A stretch of 64,000 nucleotides of DNA from Candidatus Velthaea sp. (GTDB lineage: Bacteria > Vulcanimicrobiota > Vulcanimicrobiia > Vulcanimicrobiales > Vulcanimicrobiaceae). Below, in pieces: positions 21,579-31,827 of the stretch (positions within the stretch are counted from its first letter, which is position 1; the number at the start of each line of letters is the position of its first letter). Made by a program: the position numbers and the translations under genes. The stretch is taken from NCBI GenBank assembly GCA_965214935.1, contig CBDCCS010000022.1:608001-672000 (forward strand), given 5' to 3'. The notes beneath the pieces are model-generated. The model made no database searches. It was given only the letters and a program-made list of their open reading frames with translations, and was not told the DNA's origin.

Positions 21579-21718
21579 ATACTCTCTTTCATGTAGGTGG
21601 GTAACGGGCACGAGTGGTGCCCCTACACACGTCCGTTTTACCGGACGACCGCCGAAAAGGGCGGATACTGGCCGCATGACTGAGCCCCGGTAAAAAGCCG
21701 GGGCCCCGCTGTGGCACG
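21579..21718 (-). promoter_or_regulatory. Structured 5' leader of the rpsR operon (four hairpins)
   Basis: Minus-strand stems GCCCCGG/CCGGGGC, CCGCC/GGCGG, CGTCCG/CGGACG, and TGTAGG/CCTACA enclosing GGCAC/GTGCC. Confidence 0.55.
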
Positions 21719-21724
21719 CACACC

Positions 21725-21753
21725 AGTATACCGCTTCCGGAGTCCGCTGACTA
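21725..21753 (-). promoter_or_regulatory. Sigma70-type promoter of the rpsR operon
   Basis: TAGTCA-N17-TATACT on the minus strand. Confidence 0.6.
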
Positions 21754-21815
21754 GCCCGAATCGGCCGGGGCAAAGCGGGGGCGGAGTTTACGCGTCGCCC
21801 GCGCACGTTGAAGCG

Positions 21816-22505
21816 ATGCTCACTGCACTGCACATCGTTGCCGGCGCCGTCGTCTTAATCGTGGCGCCCGCGGCGCTCGCCGTTCGGAAAGGCGGTCGCT
21901 GGCACCGGCGCTGGGGCCGGGCGTTCATGGCCGCGATGAGCCTGGTGCTCTTCACCTCCGGCTTCATGTGGCAGCCCAAAGGCCATTTGTTTCTGTTGGC
22001 CTTGGCCATCGTCAGCGGCTACTTCGTCTTCAACGGTTACCGGATCGTGGCCCGGCAACGGCGTAAACGTGCCGATACGCTGGACGACGGGATCGACATT
22101 GCATCGGCCGGCGCGACCTGCGCCTGCGGTCTGTGGCTGCTCTTTATCGCGATTACGCCGGCTACGCCGCTCATGCGCCAGCTTCAACCGATCACCGCCG
22201 GACTCGGCGTCGTTGCGATCGCGTTTGCCGCGAACGATGCGCGCGGCATCTTCGGCGTGCGCTCGCGTTCCGGTTGGCTCATCGCGCACTTCAGCGCAAT
22301 GATCGCCGCTTACATTTCGGCCGTTACCGCCTTCGTGGTGATCAACGCCCACGGCGTTCCGATGGAACTGCGCTGGATCGTGCCGATCGCCGTCGGAGCC
22401 GTCGTGATCAGCGCCTACTCGTTGCCGTACCGGCTGCCCAAAATCATCAACGCGATCGGAGCCGTTGCGCGACCGAAGCGGAACGCGTCTCCGGGTGCAC
22501 GGTAG
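21816..22505 (+). CDS. DUF2306-like membrane protein
   Basis: [17 protein letters not shown], multiple TM segments and [20 protein letters not shown]. Confidence 0.75.
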   Translation: MLTALHIVAGAVVLIVAPAALAVRKGGRWHRRWGRAFMAAMSLVLFTSGFMWQPKGHLFLLALAIVSGYFVFNGYRIVARQRRKRADTLDDGIDIASAGATCACGLWLLFIAITPATPLMRQLQPITAGLGVVAIAFAANDARGIFGVRSRSGWLIAHFSAMIAAYISAVTAFVVINAHGVPMELRWIVPIAVGAVVISAYSLPYRLPKIINAIGAVARPKRNASPGAR

Positions 22506-22534
22506 ACGACGGGCAGGCGCAGAACAGGGCAGGC

Positions 22535-23980
22535 GTGCTCCCTCGCATTGCGCTCGCGGGCGTGAACGTGCGGCTCGGCGGCCGCCACGTGCTGCACGAC
22601 ATCGGCTGGTCGCTCGGCGAAGGTCAGCATTGGGCGATCGTCGGAGCGAACGGATCGGGTAAGAGCACGCTGTTGCGGACGATCGCCGCGCTGGGCTGGA
22701 TTGAAGCCGACGGCGGTACGCGCAGATTTTCCGCCGACGGCGTTACGCTCGACGCTACGGCGCGCGCCAGAACTTGGATCCGGCATGTTTCGGCCGAACA
22801 GCACGAGCGCTATGCGCGCCTCGATCTCGGCCTTTGCGGCCGAGACGTCGTCGAAAGCGGCTTTACCGACGGACTTTACGTCGAGCGCACGTCGGCTAGC
22901 CGGCGCGCGGCTTCCGAGTCGCTCATCGAGCGACTCGGGCTTCGTGAGATCGCGCTGCGCGCCGTTCGCGAACTTTCATCCGGCCAGCTTCGGCGACTGT
23001 TGATCGCGCGCGCGCTCGTGGGCAACCCGCGAGTACTCGTACTTGACGAATGCACCAACGGCCTCGACGGCGCAGCACGCCACGACGTCATCACGCTGCT
23101 CGATCGCATCGCGCCTCACGTCGCACTCATTATCGCATCGCACCGGCTCAGTGACTTCCCGGCGGCGATAACACATTGCGCACAACTCGTCGAGGGCCGC
23201 ATCGCCCGAACTCAACGCGGCGGCCCCGCTGCCGATCTGCTCGCAACGGAGCCGCCGAGGCAAGGCAGTTCGACGCCGGCATCGGGCGCCGGAACGCTGC
23301 TCATCGACATTCGCAACGCGGATGTCTATCGTGGCGAACGGCTGGTCCTCGCCGGTATCGATTGGCAGCTCCGACGCGGGGAACACACGATCGTTCGCGG
23401 CGCGAACGGCGCCGGTAAAAGTACCTTTGCCGGATTGATTGCCGGAACCATCTCTGCGGCCACCGGAGCAGATATCGTGCGCTTCGGCCGGCGTGGCCCG
23501 TTCGATATCCGGATGCTCAAGCAGCGGATCGCGCACGTGTCGGACGATCTGCAAATCGCCTACACGTGGAGTGACAGCGTCGAAGACGTCGTGGCGTCGG
23601 GGTATGCCTCGAGCATCGGACTTATCGCCCGACCGTCGGCGGTCCAACGTCAGGCCGTCGACAGACTTCTGGGAGACCTGCGCCTGGACGGGTTGCGCAC
23701 ACGCGATTTTACGACGCTCTCGTACGGCGAACGGCGGAAGATTCTCATTGCACGCAGCATCGTCCGGGAGCCCGATATCTTTTTGCTCGACGAAGTCTGG
23801 AACGGACTCGATTCAGCTTTTCGGAAACTGCTGCTCGAATTGCTGACGCGGCTAGCGGGCCGCGGCACGACGATTGTGACGATCGCCCATGAGGCGACTG
23901 ACGATCTGCCGTTCGCCCGGCGCGCCTACACGCTTGCAGCCGGAAAACTGAGCGAAGAGCGGTTAGAGGCCGGCGTCTGA
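22535..23980 (+). CDS. ABC ATP-binding protein with duplicated ATPase domains, ModF-like (start uncertain)
   Basis: GANGSGKST/LSSGQ/VLDE and GANGAGKST/LSYGE/LLDE. Confidence 0.85.
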   Translation: MLPRIALAGVNVRLGGRHVLHDIGWSLGEGQHWAIVGANGSGKSTLLRTIAALGWIEADGGTRRFSADGVTLDATARARTWIRHVSAEQHERYARLDLGLCGRDVVESGFTDGLYVERTSASRRAASESLIERLGLREIALRAVRELSSGQLRRLLIARALVGNPRVLVLDECTNGLDGAARHDVITLLDRIAPHVALIIASHRLSDFPAAITHCAQLVEGRIARTQRGGPAADLLATEPPRQGSSTPASGAGTLLIDIRNADVYRGERLVLAGIDWQLRRGEHTIVRGANGAGKSTFAGLIAGTISAATGADIVRFGRRGPFDIRMLKQRIAHVSDDLQIAYTWSDSVEDVVASGYASSIGLIARPSAVQRQAVDRLLGDLRLDGLRTRDFTTLSYGERRKILIARSIVREPDIFLLDEVWNGLDSAFRKLLLELLTRLAGRGTTIVTIAHEATDDLPFARRAYTLAAGKLSEERLEAGV

Positions 23981-24071
23981 GCGAACGTCGGTAAAGCGCT
24001 TGCGTCACAACCGAATGCCGGATATGCTTAGAGAACCTCTGGCCATTTGGTTAACGAGTATGGAGCTTGAA

Positions 24072-24332
24072 ATGACATTCGATCAATGGATCGACGAAGT
24101 AAATCTCGGCGTACGCGCGCGATTGGGCGACACCGTACGGACTGAAGAACTCTCGTGGGATTCGGCAATGTGGGTGAGTCCGGTCGGTACCGCCGTTGCA
24201 TCGGTCGCCGACGACGAGTCGACGGCGAAACTCTATTTCGACGAAGGCGATCGCTTCTCAGTCGACATTCGGCTGCCCGGCGCGGCGCCCGAACTCATTA
24301 GCGCGCTTATCGCGGGCCGGCTTGCACCGTAG
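24072..24332 (+). CDS. Hypothetical protein (alternative start at 24060)
   Basis: GGAG SD 6 nt before the ATG; compact acidic ORF. Confidence 0.55.
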   Translation: MTFDQWIDEVNLGVRARLGDTVRTEELSWDSAMWVSPVGTAVASVADDESTAKLYFDEGDRFSVDIRLPGAAPELISALIAGRLAP

Positions 24333-24417
24333 CGACTGGACAAATGGCGAGCGGCTACCGTAGCCGCTGGCCTTGGGTCGGGCGCGTTCCGTTCGCCGCT
24401 CGCCGAACGCCGTGCGA

Positions 24418-24804
24418 ATGGAACGCGTACCGCCGGCGGCTTGGCTTTCTGAGGTCATCGAGCCGCTTAGCACCCGATTCGGCAGTCAGCTGACGATCGA
24501 CCGCGACGGCGATGTCGTGCGTTGGGGTTTCGCCGGACAATACACGGTCGTCGAGTTACTTCACGACGGCCGCCTCAACGCAACATTCCTCGACCGCGAA
24601 AGCGTGGAGGCCGTCTCGAAGCGCCCTGCCGCTGCGGCGTACCGAACGCACGTCGCGTATGCCCTCAACCGCGGCAGCTGCTCGCGAATGGTCGCCGACA
24701 TGTGTGATTTCTTTTCAGGTGTGCGCGAACCGAAATTTCGATTCATCGAGGCTTACGCGCGGTTGCCGGCGGCCGGGAACTTCCCCCTCTCCGGAACCTT
24801 CTGA
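24418..24804 (+). CDS. Hypothetical protein
   Basis: Protein-like composition, co-oriented, fills the intergenic gap. Confidence 0.55.
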   Translation: MERVPPAAWLSEVIEPLSTRFGSQLTIDRDGDVVRWGFAGQYTVVELLHDGRLNATFLDRESVEAVSKRPAAAAYRTHVAYALNRGSCSRMVADMCDFFSGVREPKFRFIEAYARLPAAGNFPLSGTF

Positions 24805-24897
24805 ACGCATCGGGCATCTGTTAAGGGCCATCATTGATGGTATGTCTTCGCCTCGCACGTCATCGGCGAAGATTTTGCCGATATCGGGGAGACGACA

Positions 24898-25101
24898 ATG
24901 GCCGACCTTAACACGCGTGAAACGCAGACCTGGCCCGAGCTTGCCGAAGGCCTCTACGGTTTTCTGACCGGCCGCGGGGCGACGATCGAATATCATTTCG
25001 ATCAGATGGAAATTAGCGTACCGAGTTCGACGCGCGACGGCGCAGCGCAAGCAAAGTGGAAACTCAACGGCGCGCTGAAAATTCGCACGACGGAAAAATG
25101 A
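24898..25101 (+). CDS. Small hypothetical protein (67 aa)
   Basis: GGGAG SD; WPELAEGLYGFLTGRGATIEY; ATGA overlap with the next gene. Confidence 0.75.
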   Translation: MADLNTRETQTWPELAEGLYGFLTGRGATIEYHFDQMEISVPSSTRDGAAQAKWKLNGALKIRTTEK

Positions 25102-25397
25102 TCGCCGTCGAGGCTGCGTTGATTGCCGAATCGGCTGGAATGCGCATGCGCATCGATAGTGCCGGCAACGTAATTCGTTGCCGGCTCGAGGGCGGCGTCG
25201 GTCACGCGCTGGGTGCCGCCAAACAGAGCTTGCAGATTCTCCGCATCTTGCGCATTGCCGTTCCGTTCCTGGTCCGCAGCGGACTGCGGCTCGACATCAT
25301 CGCCGGCGACGTGCGTGTCGTGCGAGCCGGCAGCGGCGTCAAGCAAAATGCGCTCGGGCGTCTTCTCGGTGTGCCCAGCGCGAAGATCGGCGGCTGA
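25098..25397 (+). CDS. Hypothetical protein
   Basis: ATGA-coupled to the upstream ORF; its stop abuts the next start. Confidence 0.65.
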   Translation: MIAVEAALIAESAGMRMRIDSAGNVIRCRLEGGVGHALGAAKQSLQILRILRIAVPFLVRSGLRLDIIAGDVRVVRAGSGVKQNALGRLLGVPSAKIGG

Positions 25398-26849
25398 ATG
25401 CGCGTACTCGTAACGGGCGCTACCGGCTACATCGGTGGCCGGCTCGTGCCGGTTCTCGTGAATGCCGGACACACCGTTCGATGTGTCGCGCGCGACCCGG
25501 CTCGGCTGACCGACCGCTTCGAGGGCGTCGAAGTCGTCCGCGGCGACGTCTTCGACGAAGCGTCGTTAACGGCAGCAATGCACGATGTCGACGTCGCTTA
25601 TTATCTCGTTCACTCGATGAGCGACGACCGGCATGACTTCACACGCAGCGACCGGCTCGCGGCCGAACGCTTCGGCAATGCCGCGCGCAATGCGGGCGTC
25701 GATCGCATCGTATTTCTCGGCGGACTAGGCGTCGATGAAGTCAAGCTGTCGCGCCATCTGCGCAGTCGCCATGAAGTCGGCGCCATTCTTCGTGCGAGCG
25801 GCGTGCCGGTGATCGAGTTTCGTGCCGCCATCATCGTCGGGTCGGGCAGCGTGTCGTTCGAGATGATTCGCTATCTGACCGAACGGCTGCCGTTGATGAT
25901 CGCACCACGCTGGGTGTCGACACTCTGTCAGCCGATCGGTATCCGCGATGTCATAGCGTATTTGCTCGGTGCTCTCACCTTACCCGACCGGGACGGCCGA
26001 ATCTTCGAGATCGGCGGCGCCGACGTGCTCTCGTATCGCGAAATCATGCTCGGCTATGCGGCAGCGCGCGGTCTATCGCGCAAGATTCTCGTCGTGCCGT
26101 TGTTCACGCCGCGCCTGTCATCGTATTGGATTCACCTTGTAACACCGATTCATGCATCGATCGCGCGTGCGCTTATCGACGGCATGCACAATGAGGTGAT
26201 CGTTCACGATCCGGCGGCGCGCAGCGCATTTCCATCGATCGTTCCGGTCGGGTATGCCGAAGCGCTCAAACGCGCTCTCGATCGCTACAAAACGACCGGT
26301 CCGCAAACGACATGGTTCGACGCTTTCGACGTGAAGACACTGCCCGGCGAATTTGCCGGACTCACGCAAGGTATGTTGATCGACCGCCGCGAGCGCAATG
26401 CGGACGCGCCGCCGCAACGCGTCTTCGCCGTTTTTTCGAGTTTAGGCGGCCAGCGCGGTTGGCTTTACGCCGACCGCCTATGGTATTTGCGCGGTATCCT
26501 CGACCGGCTCGTCGGCGGCATCGGCATTCGGCGTGGCCGCCGTTCGCCGACCGATTTGCGGGTCGGCGATGCGGTCGATTTCTGGCGTGTTGAGGCTTAC
26601 AAGCCGAACGAACTTTTGCGGCTACGCGCCGAGATGAAGCTGCCGGGATTAGCCTGGCTGCAATTCGAATCGCTGCAGCGAGAGGGCGGCGGAACAACGT
26701 TGCGCCAAACGGCTTTCTTCGAGCCGCGCGGTATTTTCGGCTACCTGTATTGGTTTAGCGTGCTGCCGTTCCACGAACTGATTTTCGGCAATATGGCGAA
26801 GCGCATCATCTATGAAGCCGGAGCGCCGGCGGCCGTCACGGCAGCCTAA
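25398..26849 (+). CDS. Atypical SDR NAD(P)-binding protein with a C-terminal DUF2867 domain (YbjT-like)
   Basis: VLVTGATGYIGG, YYLVHSM, HLRSRHEV and DFWRVE..LRLRAEMKLPG.AWL.F. Confidence 0.9.
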   Translation: MRVLVTGATGYIGGRLVPVLVNAGHTVRCVARDPARLTDRFEGVEVVRGDVFDEASLTAAMHDVDVAYYLVHSMSDDRHDFTRSDRLAAERFGNAARNAGVDRIVFLGGLGVDEVKLSRHLRSRHEVGAILRASGVPVIEFRAAIIVGSGSVSFEMIRYLTERLPLMIAPRWVSTLCQPIGIRDVIAYLLGALTLPDRDGRIFEIGGADVLSYREIMLGYAAARGLSRKILVVPLFTPRLSSYWIHLVTPIHASIARALIDGMHNEVIVHDPAARSAFPSIVPVGYAEALKRALDRYKTTGPQTTWFDAFDVKTLPGEFAGLTQGMLIDRRERNADAPPQRVFAVFSSLGGQRGWLYADRLWYLRGILDRLVGGIGIRRGRRSPTDLRVGDAVDFWRVEAYKPNELLRLRAEMKLPGLAWLQFESLQREGGGTTLRQTAFFEPRGIFGYLYWFSVLPFHELIFGNMAKRIIYEAGAPAAVTAA

Positions 26850-26853
26850 GCCG

Positions 26854-28161
26854 CTACACGATTCCGCTGCGCGCGCCGCCGTTTGCCGGCCGTTGCTGCG
26901 CCATACGGCGGCGATAGCCGGATTTGCGATAAACGGCAACCGGATCGATTGCGCCGCCGGCTTCGTCGCGCACGCGCGCGACGATCGGACCGGCGTCGGT
27001 CTCAAATGCCGCTTTGAGCGTCTGCGATGCCATGAGCGCATCGTTGGCGCTTTGAAATGCGTCAAGCGCTTTGCGGTCGACGAAGAGCGCCTGTGCGTAC
27101 GTTCGGGCAACCGTTGCGCCGCTCGTCATGAGACTTTCGATCGGATCGGTAACGTTATGCGATTGATCGAGCATATAAGCGGGAGCAAATCCGGCAACTC
27201 GGTCGCGCGCTGCATCCACGAGCTCGTTGAAAACGAGAAATAGCCGGTACGGTGCAATCGAACCGCTATCGAGATCGTCGTCGCCGTACTTACTATCGTT
27301 GAAGTGAAAGCCGGCGAGTTTGCCGCACGCGATCAGCCGGGCAACGATCATTTCGATATTGACCGTCGGCGCATGATGGCCGAGATCGACTAAGCACAAC
27401 GCTTGCGGGCCGAGTGCCTGCGCCGCCAGTAAATTGCTGCCCCAGTCCCCGATGACCGTCGAGTAAAAGGCCGGCTCGAACAATTTATGTTCGATGAACA
27501 TGTTCCAATCGGCAGGCAAACCGGCGTAAATGCTTCGCGCGCTTTGCACGTAGCGCTCGAAGGCCCGGCGAAAATGCTGTTGCCCGGGAAAGTTCGAGCC
27601 GTCGCCGACCCAGACCGTCAGCGCCTTACTTCCTAATTTGGTGCCGGCGTCGATGCAGGCCAAATTGTGTTCGATCGCCGCTTCGCGCACGGCGGCATCG
27701 GTATGCGTGAGACTGCCGAACTTGTACGAGACTGCGGCATTCGGCTGATCGGCAAACGTGTTCGAATTAACGGCGTCGAAGTGCAGATTGTAGCGCGCCG
27801 CTTCGGCGCGCAAACCGGCGAAATCGTTGACCCAATCCCAGGGGAAGTGAAGCGAGACGCCCGACGTGCAGCGCACGAGTTGCGCGATGACGCCGCAATC
27901 TTGCAGCTTATCATGGATGTTGCGCGGTTCGCCCGGTCCGGGAAAGCGCGCGAAGCGCGTGCCGCCTGAACCGACGCCCCAACTCGGGAGCGCGACCTCG
28001 AAACGCGCGACGGAACGCTTAACCGCGTCGATATCGACGCCGGTTCGAGCTAACCGCTCGGCGAGCGACGTGTAGTCGCGCTCGAGCGCGGGACGGCGTT
28101 GAGCGTTATCGCTTTCGATCAGATCGCTATCGATGAGTTCGGCCGGCAGGGTCGTCGTCAT
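26854..28161 (-). CDS. rhaI: L-rhamnose isomerase, Pseudomonas stutzeri/RhaI type
   Basis: VALPSWGVGSGGTRFARF, HFPWD, EHKLFEP, DLGHH, FHFNDSKYGDDDL and DQSHN. Confidence 0.9.
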   Translation of the reverse strand: MTTTLPAELIDSDLIESDNAQRRPALERDYTSLAERLARTGVDIDAVKRSVARFEVALPSWGVGSGGTRFARFPGPGEPRNIHDKLQDCGVIAQLVRCTSGVSLHFPWDWVNDFAGLRAEAARYNLHFDAVNSNTFADQPNAAVSYKFGSLTHTDAAVREAAIEHNLACIDAGTKLGSKALTVWVGDGSNFPGQQHFRRAFERYVQSARSIYAGLPADWNMFIEHKLFEPAFYSTVIGDWGSNLLAAQALGPQALCLVDLGHHAPTVNIEMIVARLIACGKLAGFHFNDSKYGDDDLDSGSIAPYRLFLVFNELVDAARDRVAGFAPAYMLDQSHNVTDPIESLMTSGATVARTYAQALFVDRKALDAFQSANDALMASQTLKAAFETDAGPIVARVRDEAGGAIDPVAVYRKSGYRRRMAQQRPANGGARSGIV

Positions 28162-28400
28162 CGAGTTTCCGTTCGCCGCAGTCGGGCGACAAACCCGGGC
28201 GACAGCCCGGCGGCACGGGATCAACGACATGACGAGGTACGGCGAAAGGCCTTGTGATCTCGTGTCCCTCGTCACTGGACAACGCGAGAAAACACGTGGA
28301 ATATCCCACTTTTTGAGAAGTGTTAAAGTTTGGGTCGTAATGTATATTTTTGACGTGAACTCGCCGGTTTTTCCCGGCGCGCCGTTGGTGTAAGGGGTTC

Positions 28401-29060
28401 ATGGAGGAGATTACGGTGATCGCGCACGACCTCGTTCCGCTTCGTACCTTTATCATCGAACGCCAGGCGCTTATAGCGAAGGCGCTTCATTCGTTCCTCG
28501 ACGAGAATCCGCTGATTCGCGTCGTCGGCGACGGTTCGTCGGTTCGAATCGATGAATTGCAGCGGACTCGCCCGGATCTCATCATCTTCGGTCTCGATAA
28601 TGCGACGCACGACGTGAGCGACGCCCTCGCGCTCGCCCGCAGTGTGTGCCCGAACGTTCGGTTCTGCGTTCTGTCCAGCTTCGCCAATTCCGATGTGATG
28701 CAACGCAGCATCGCCTCCGGCGCCGACGGCTTCGTCGTTAAAGATATTTCGCCGAGCGAACTTGATGTTGCTTTCCGCGTTCTGGCCAGCGGGTCGTCGT
28801 ATGTCGATCCGCGCGTTGCGGGTGGGATGCTCAAACGTCGCTACGCATCGAACACCGGAGCGGCGCTGGCCGACTTGACGATGCGTGAAGCGGAAATTTT
28901 GCGGCTCATTGCCGGCGGGCTCGCGAACAAAGAGATCGGTGGAAAACTCAAGCTGTCCGAGAAAACAATCAAAAACTACGTGAGCCGTATCTTCTCGAAA
29001 CTCAATGTTTCGGCGCGCACGCAAGCCGCGGTCTACGCGATCAAGGCCGGTTTCGTCTAG
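28401..29060 (+). CDS. NarL/LuxR-family response regulator with an atypical receiver domain
   Basis: REC-like N-terminus (GADGFVVK) and LuxR HTH LTMREAEIL..GLANKEIG..LSEKTIKNY..KL. Confidence 0.9.
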   Translation: MEEITVIAHDLVPLRTFIIERQALIAKALHSFLDENPLIRVVGDGSSVRIDELQRTRPDLIIFGLDNATHDVSDALALARSVCPNVRFCVLSSFANSDVMQRSIASGADGFVVKDISPSELDVAFRVLASGSSYVDPRVAGGMLKRRYASNTGAALADLTMREAEILRLIAGGLANKEIGGKLKLSEKTIKNYVSRIFSKLNVSARTQAAVYAIKAGFV

Positions 29061-29069
29061 ACCCGGCGC

Positions 29070-31778
29070 TTACGGCCCTTCGACGATCCGCACGAAATTT
29101 TGCGGGTGTACGTAGGCGGCGAACGCGTCTTGAATCGAACGCTTATCGGTTCGGAGAAACTTTCGCGCCGCGACCTGCGTTCGATCGAACGGATAACCGT
29201 TGGCAGCATCGTCAAGTAACGATTCGCCGATCGCATCGACCGAAGAGCCGGCGATGACCGTTCGCCGCACCGTCGATGCTTTGGCGAGATCGAGCTCGAA
29301 CGTCCCGACCGGCTCGGTCTGCATGCGTTTGATTTCCGCATCGATGAGTGACGATATGCGCCCGGCATTTGCCGGTAAACATGCAAAGTCGATCGTTAGC
29401 TCGTAACGCCCGCGGCGCGGATTTACGGCCGACGAGATCGAGTAAACGAGTCCGGCGTTTTGCCGCAAATCGCGAAATAAGCGGCTTTGTTCGGGACCGA
29501 GTGAACCGCCGCCCATAATTGCATTCCCGAGCAGCAACGGATACAGTTCCGGCGCATCGCGTCCGAGTTCGACGTTTTGCCGAAACGTTATCGAGTCTTG
29601 ATCGACCGGCAGTTCGACTCGGACATCGCCCGGCGGATTGAGCGGCAGCGGCGAAAGCGCGAGATCCGGAACGACACCGCTGGCGTGCCATGCGCCGAAG
29701 CTACGCTCGAGCGCATTGCGCACGACGTCGGGCGCTACGTTACCGACAACGACGACCGTTGCGAGATCCGGGCGGATCGTCTTTGCATAGTACGCTTTCA
29801 CGTCGTCAAGGCTGAGCGCTTGCAGCCCGTTGACGGTCGGTTCGCGCAATTCCGGATCGCCGGCCGGCAACAGCAACACCGAAGCACGCCGGTCGACGAT
29901 GGCGCTCGAGCCGCGTAAAGCGGTTTCCAGTTGTTGCACCGCACGCTGCCGCGCGCGCTCGAACGTCGCTTCGTCGAGCCGTGGCATGAGCTCCGCTTCG
30001 GCAAGTAAAGCAACGCCGCGATCGAACGACCGCGACGTCGTTTGCAAACCAAAACCCGCTCCACTCGATACGTCGGAGTCCGCGTCGTCTTGCGCGCGCG
30101 CGAAGGTCAGCCGGTCTCGCGTTTGCGTGCCGTCCTCGAACATCGCAGCGAGCACCGACGAAACGCCCTCTTTACCGACGGGCTCTTGCAGAACCGTGTT
30201 CGTTTTGATCGTGCCGAACAGGAAGACCGAATCGGAGATCGTCTCGGGCTGCACGATCACGTTCATTCCATTACTCAATTTCATTTGCGCGGGAAAACGA
30301 GCGGGCTCGTCGACTGCAACATTCTGCAAGAGCCGGCTCGCCCAATCGGGCAAATGCGTGACCGGCGGCTGCGCGCCTAGCGGCTTTTCCGGTCCGCTCG
30401 AAGGCGGCGCCGCGGCGGCGCGACCCGATGCGTTCGCCGACGGCGTCAAGGCGCCGACGATCGCTTCGCGCTCGTTGAAATACCGTTTCGCAACGCGATC
30501 GACATCGGCCAAGCTGACGCCCGCGATCAGTTGCTGCTCGCGCACGATCGACGGCTCGCGGTCGAGCGCAACGGTCGTCGCCCAATCCGACGCAAGTGCA
30601 GCGATCGAATTACGGCTTTCTTCCTGACCGGAAATTAGGCGCCGCTTCGTTGTCTCGAAGAGTTCGCTCGGCACGCCGGTACGTGCATAGACGCTCAAGA
30701 TGCGTTCGAGCCGCGCGGCCGCTTGTAGCGGATCGGCACCCGGACTCAATGCCGCAGTTGCAAATGCGAGTTGACCTTCGTCGAAATACGGCAACGACGT
30801 CCACTGCGCATCGAGTGCATCACCGCTATCGACTAGCCCGCGAATCGCGCCGCGCTGCGAATCGAGTACGCCTTGCAGCACGAACGACGGCAGAAAATCG
30901 GGACTATTGATGCCCGGTAAGCGATAGCCGACGGCGGCTAACGGATAGATGAGCGTCGTCGAGCGCTGCAGCACGATGCGATGCAGCGGCGCAAAGTGCG
31001 CGGCGACATGTGCCGGAACGACGCGCCGCGGAATTGATGCGAAACGCGCGCGGATCGACTCGAGCGTGCGCGCCGGATCAACATCGCCGGCGACCACGAG
31101 CACCGCATTATTCGGCGCGTACCAGCGTTTGTAAAAGGCTTTGATTTGCGGCCCGGTAAGCCGATCGAAGGCGGCGCGCGTTCCCACGCCTTCGTGCCCG
31201 TAGGGCGTTTTCGCATACGCCAGCAACTGAACGTCGCGAAAAAAGTCGCTGCCCGGCTGCGATTCGTCGCGTAAGACTTCTTGTTCGATCGCACCGCGCT
31301 CGTTCGACCATTGCGCCTGCGCGTCGAGAACGTCACGCATCCGATCGGACTCGATTCGTAGCACCGCATCGAGGTCGGCCGCCGGTACGGTAAATTGGTA
31401 GTGCGTGGTCGTATCGGTCGTCGCCGCGTTGAAATCGCCGCCGAGTGCCGTTGCAATCGTCCCGAGTTCGCTCGTCGACAGATGCGTCGTTCCGCGAAAC
31501 ATCATGTGTTCTTGAGCGTGCGCCAGGCCGGGAAAGTCGGCTGGATCGTCACGCGAACCGACCAGATACGTCAAGTCGGTCGAAACCACCGGACCGATCG
31601 TGTTGCGCACGATGACGACCCGCAAGCCGTTGGTCAGCGTCGCTTTGAGTACGTTAGTTTGCGAAGTGGGCGGCGCTGCGGCCGGCAGGGCGGCCACGAG
31701 CACGACGCCGGCGAGAGCGAGCGCCGGCATACGCAGCAGCGCTACGAACCCGGCCAACCGGGAGATGGAGCGTGACAT
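29070..31778 (-). CDS. Secreted M16 (pitrilysin/PqqL-like) zinc peptidase
   Basis: HAQEH inverted zinc motif, FNAAT, ERGAIEQE, WYAPNNA and a duplicated inactive second half (SRLFRDLR). Confidence 0.9.
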   Translation of the reverse strand: MSRSISRLAGFVALLRMPALALAGVVLVAALPAAAPPTSQTNVLKATLTNGLRVVIVRNTIGPVVSTDLTYLVGSRDDPADFPGLAHAQEHMMFRGTTHLSTSELGTIATALGGDFNAATTDTTTHYQFTVPAADLDAVLRIESDRMRDVLDAQAQWSNERGAIEQEVLRDESQPGSDFFRDVQLLAYAKTPYGHEGVGTRAAFDRLTGPQIKAFYKRWYAPNNAVLVVAGDVDPARTLESIRARFASIPRRVVPAHVAAHFAPLHRIVLQRSTTLIYPLAAVGYRLPGINSPDFLPSFVLQGVLDSQRGAIRGLVDSGDALDAQWTSLPYFDEGQLAFATAALSPGADPLQAAARLERILSVYARTGVPSELFETTKRRLISGQEESRNSIAALASDWATTVALDREPSIVREQQLIAGVSLADVDRVAKRYFNEREAIVGALTPSANASGRAAAAPPSSGPEKPLGAQPPVTHLPDWASRLLQNVAVDEPARFPAQMKLSNGMNVIVQPETISDSVFLFGTIKTNTVLQEPVGKEGVSSVLAAMFEDGTQTRDRLTFARAQDDADSDVSSGAGFGLQTTSRSFDRGVALLAEAELMPRLDEATFERARQRAVQQLETALRGSSAIVDRRASVLLLPAGDPELREPTVNGLQALSLDDVKAYYAKTIRPDLATVVVVGNVAPDVVRNALERSFGAWHASGVVPDLALSPLPLNPPGDVRVELPVDQDSITFRQNVELGRDAPELYPLLLGNAIMGGGSLGPEQSRLFRDLRQNAGLVYSISSAVNPRRGRYELTIDFACLPANAGRISSLIDAEIKRMQTEPVGTFELDLAKASTVRRTVIAGSSVDAIGESLLDDAANGYPFDRTQVAARKFLRTDKRSIQDAFAAYVHPQNFVRIVEGP

Positions 31779-31827
31779 TATTCCGATCTTAGCGGCGCGA
31801 GCTTAGACCTCCCTGGCCGGGCCTGCG

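Noticed and set aside
22133..22534. Long Arg-rich N-terminus of the 615-aa ABC ORF
   Set aside because: It overlaps the DUF2306-like gene in another frame. ATPase-like sequence starts near 22535.
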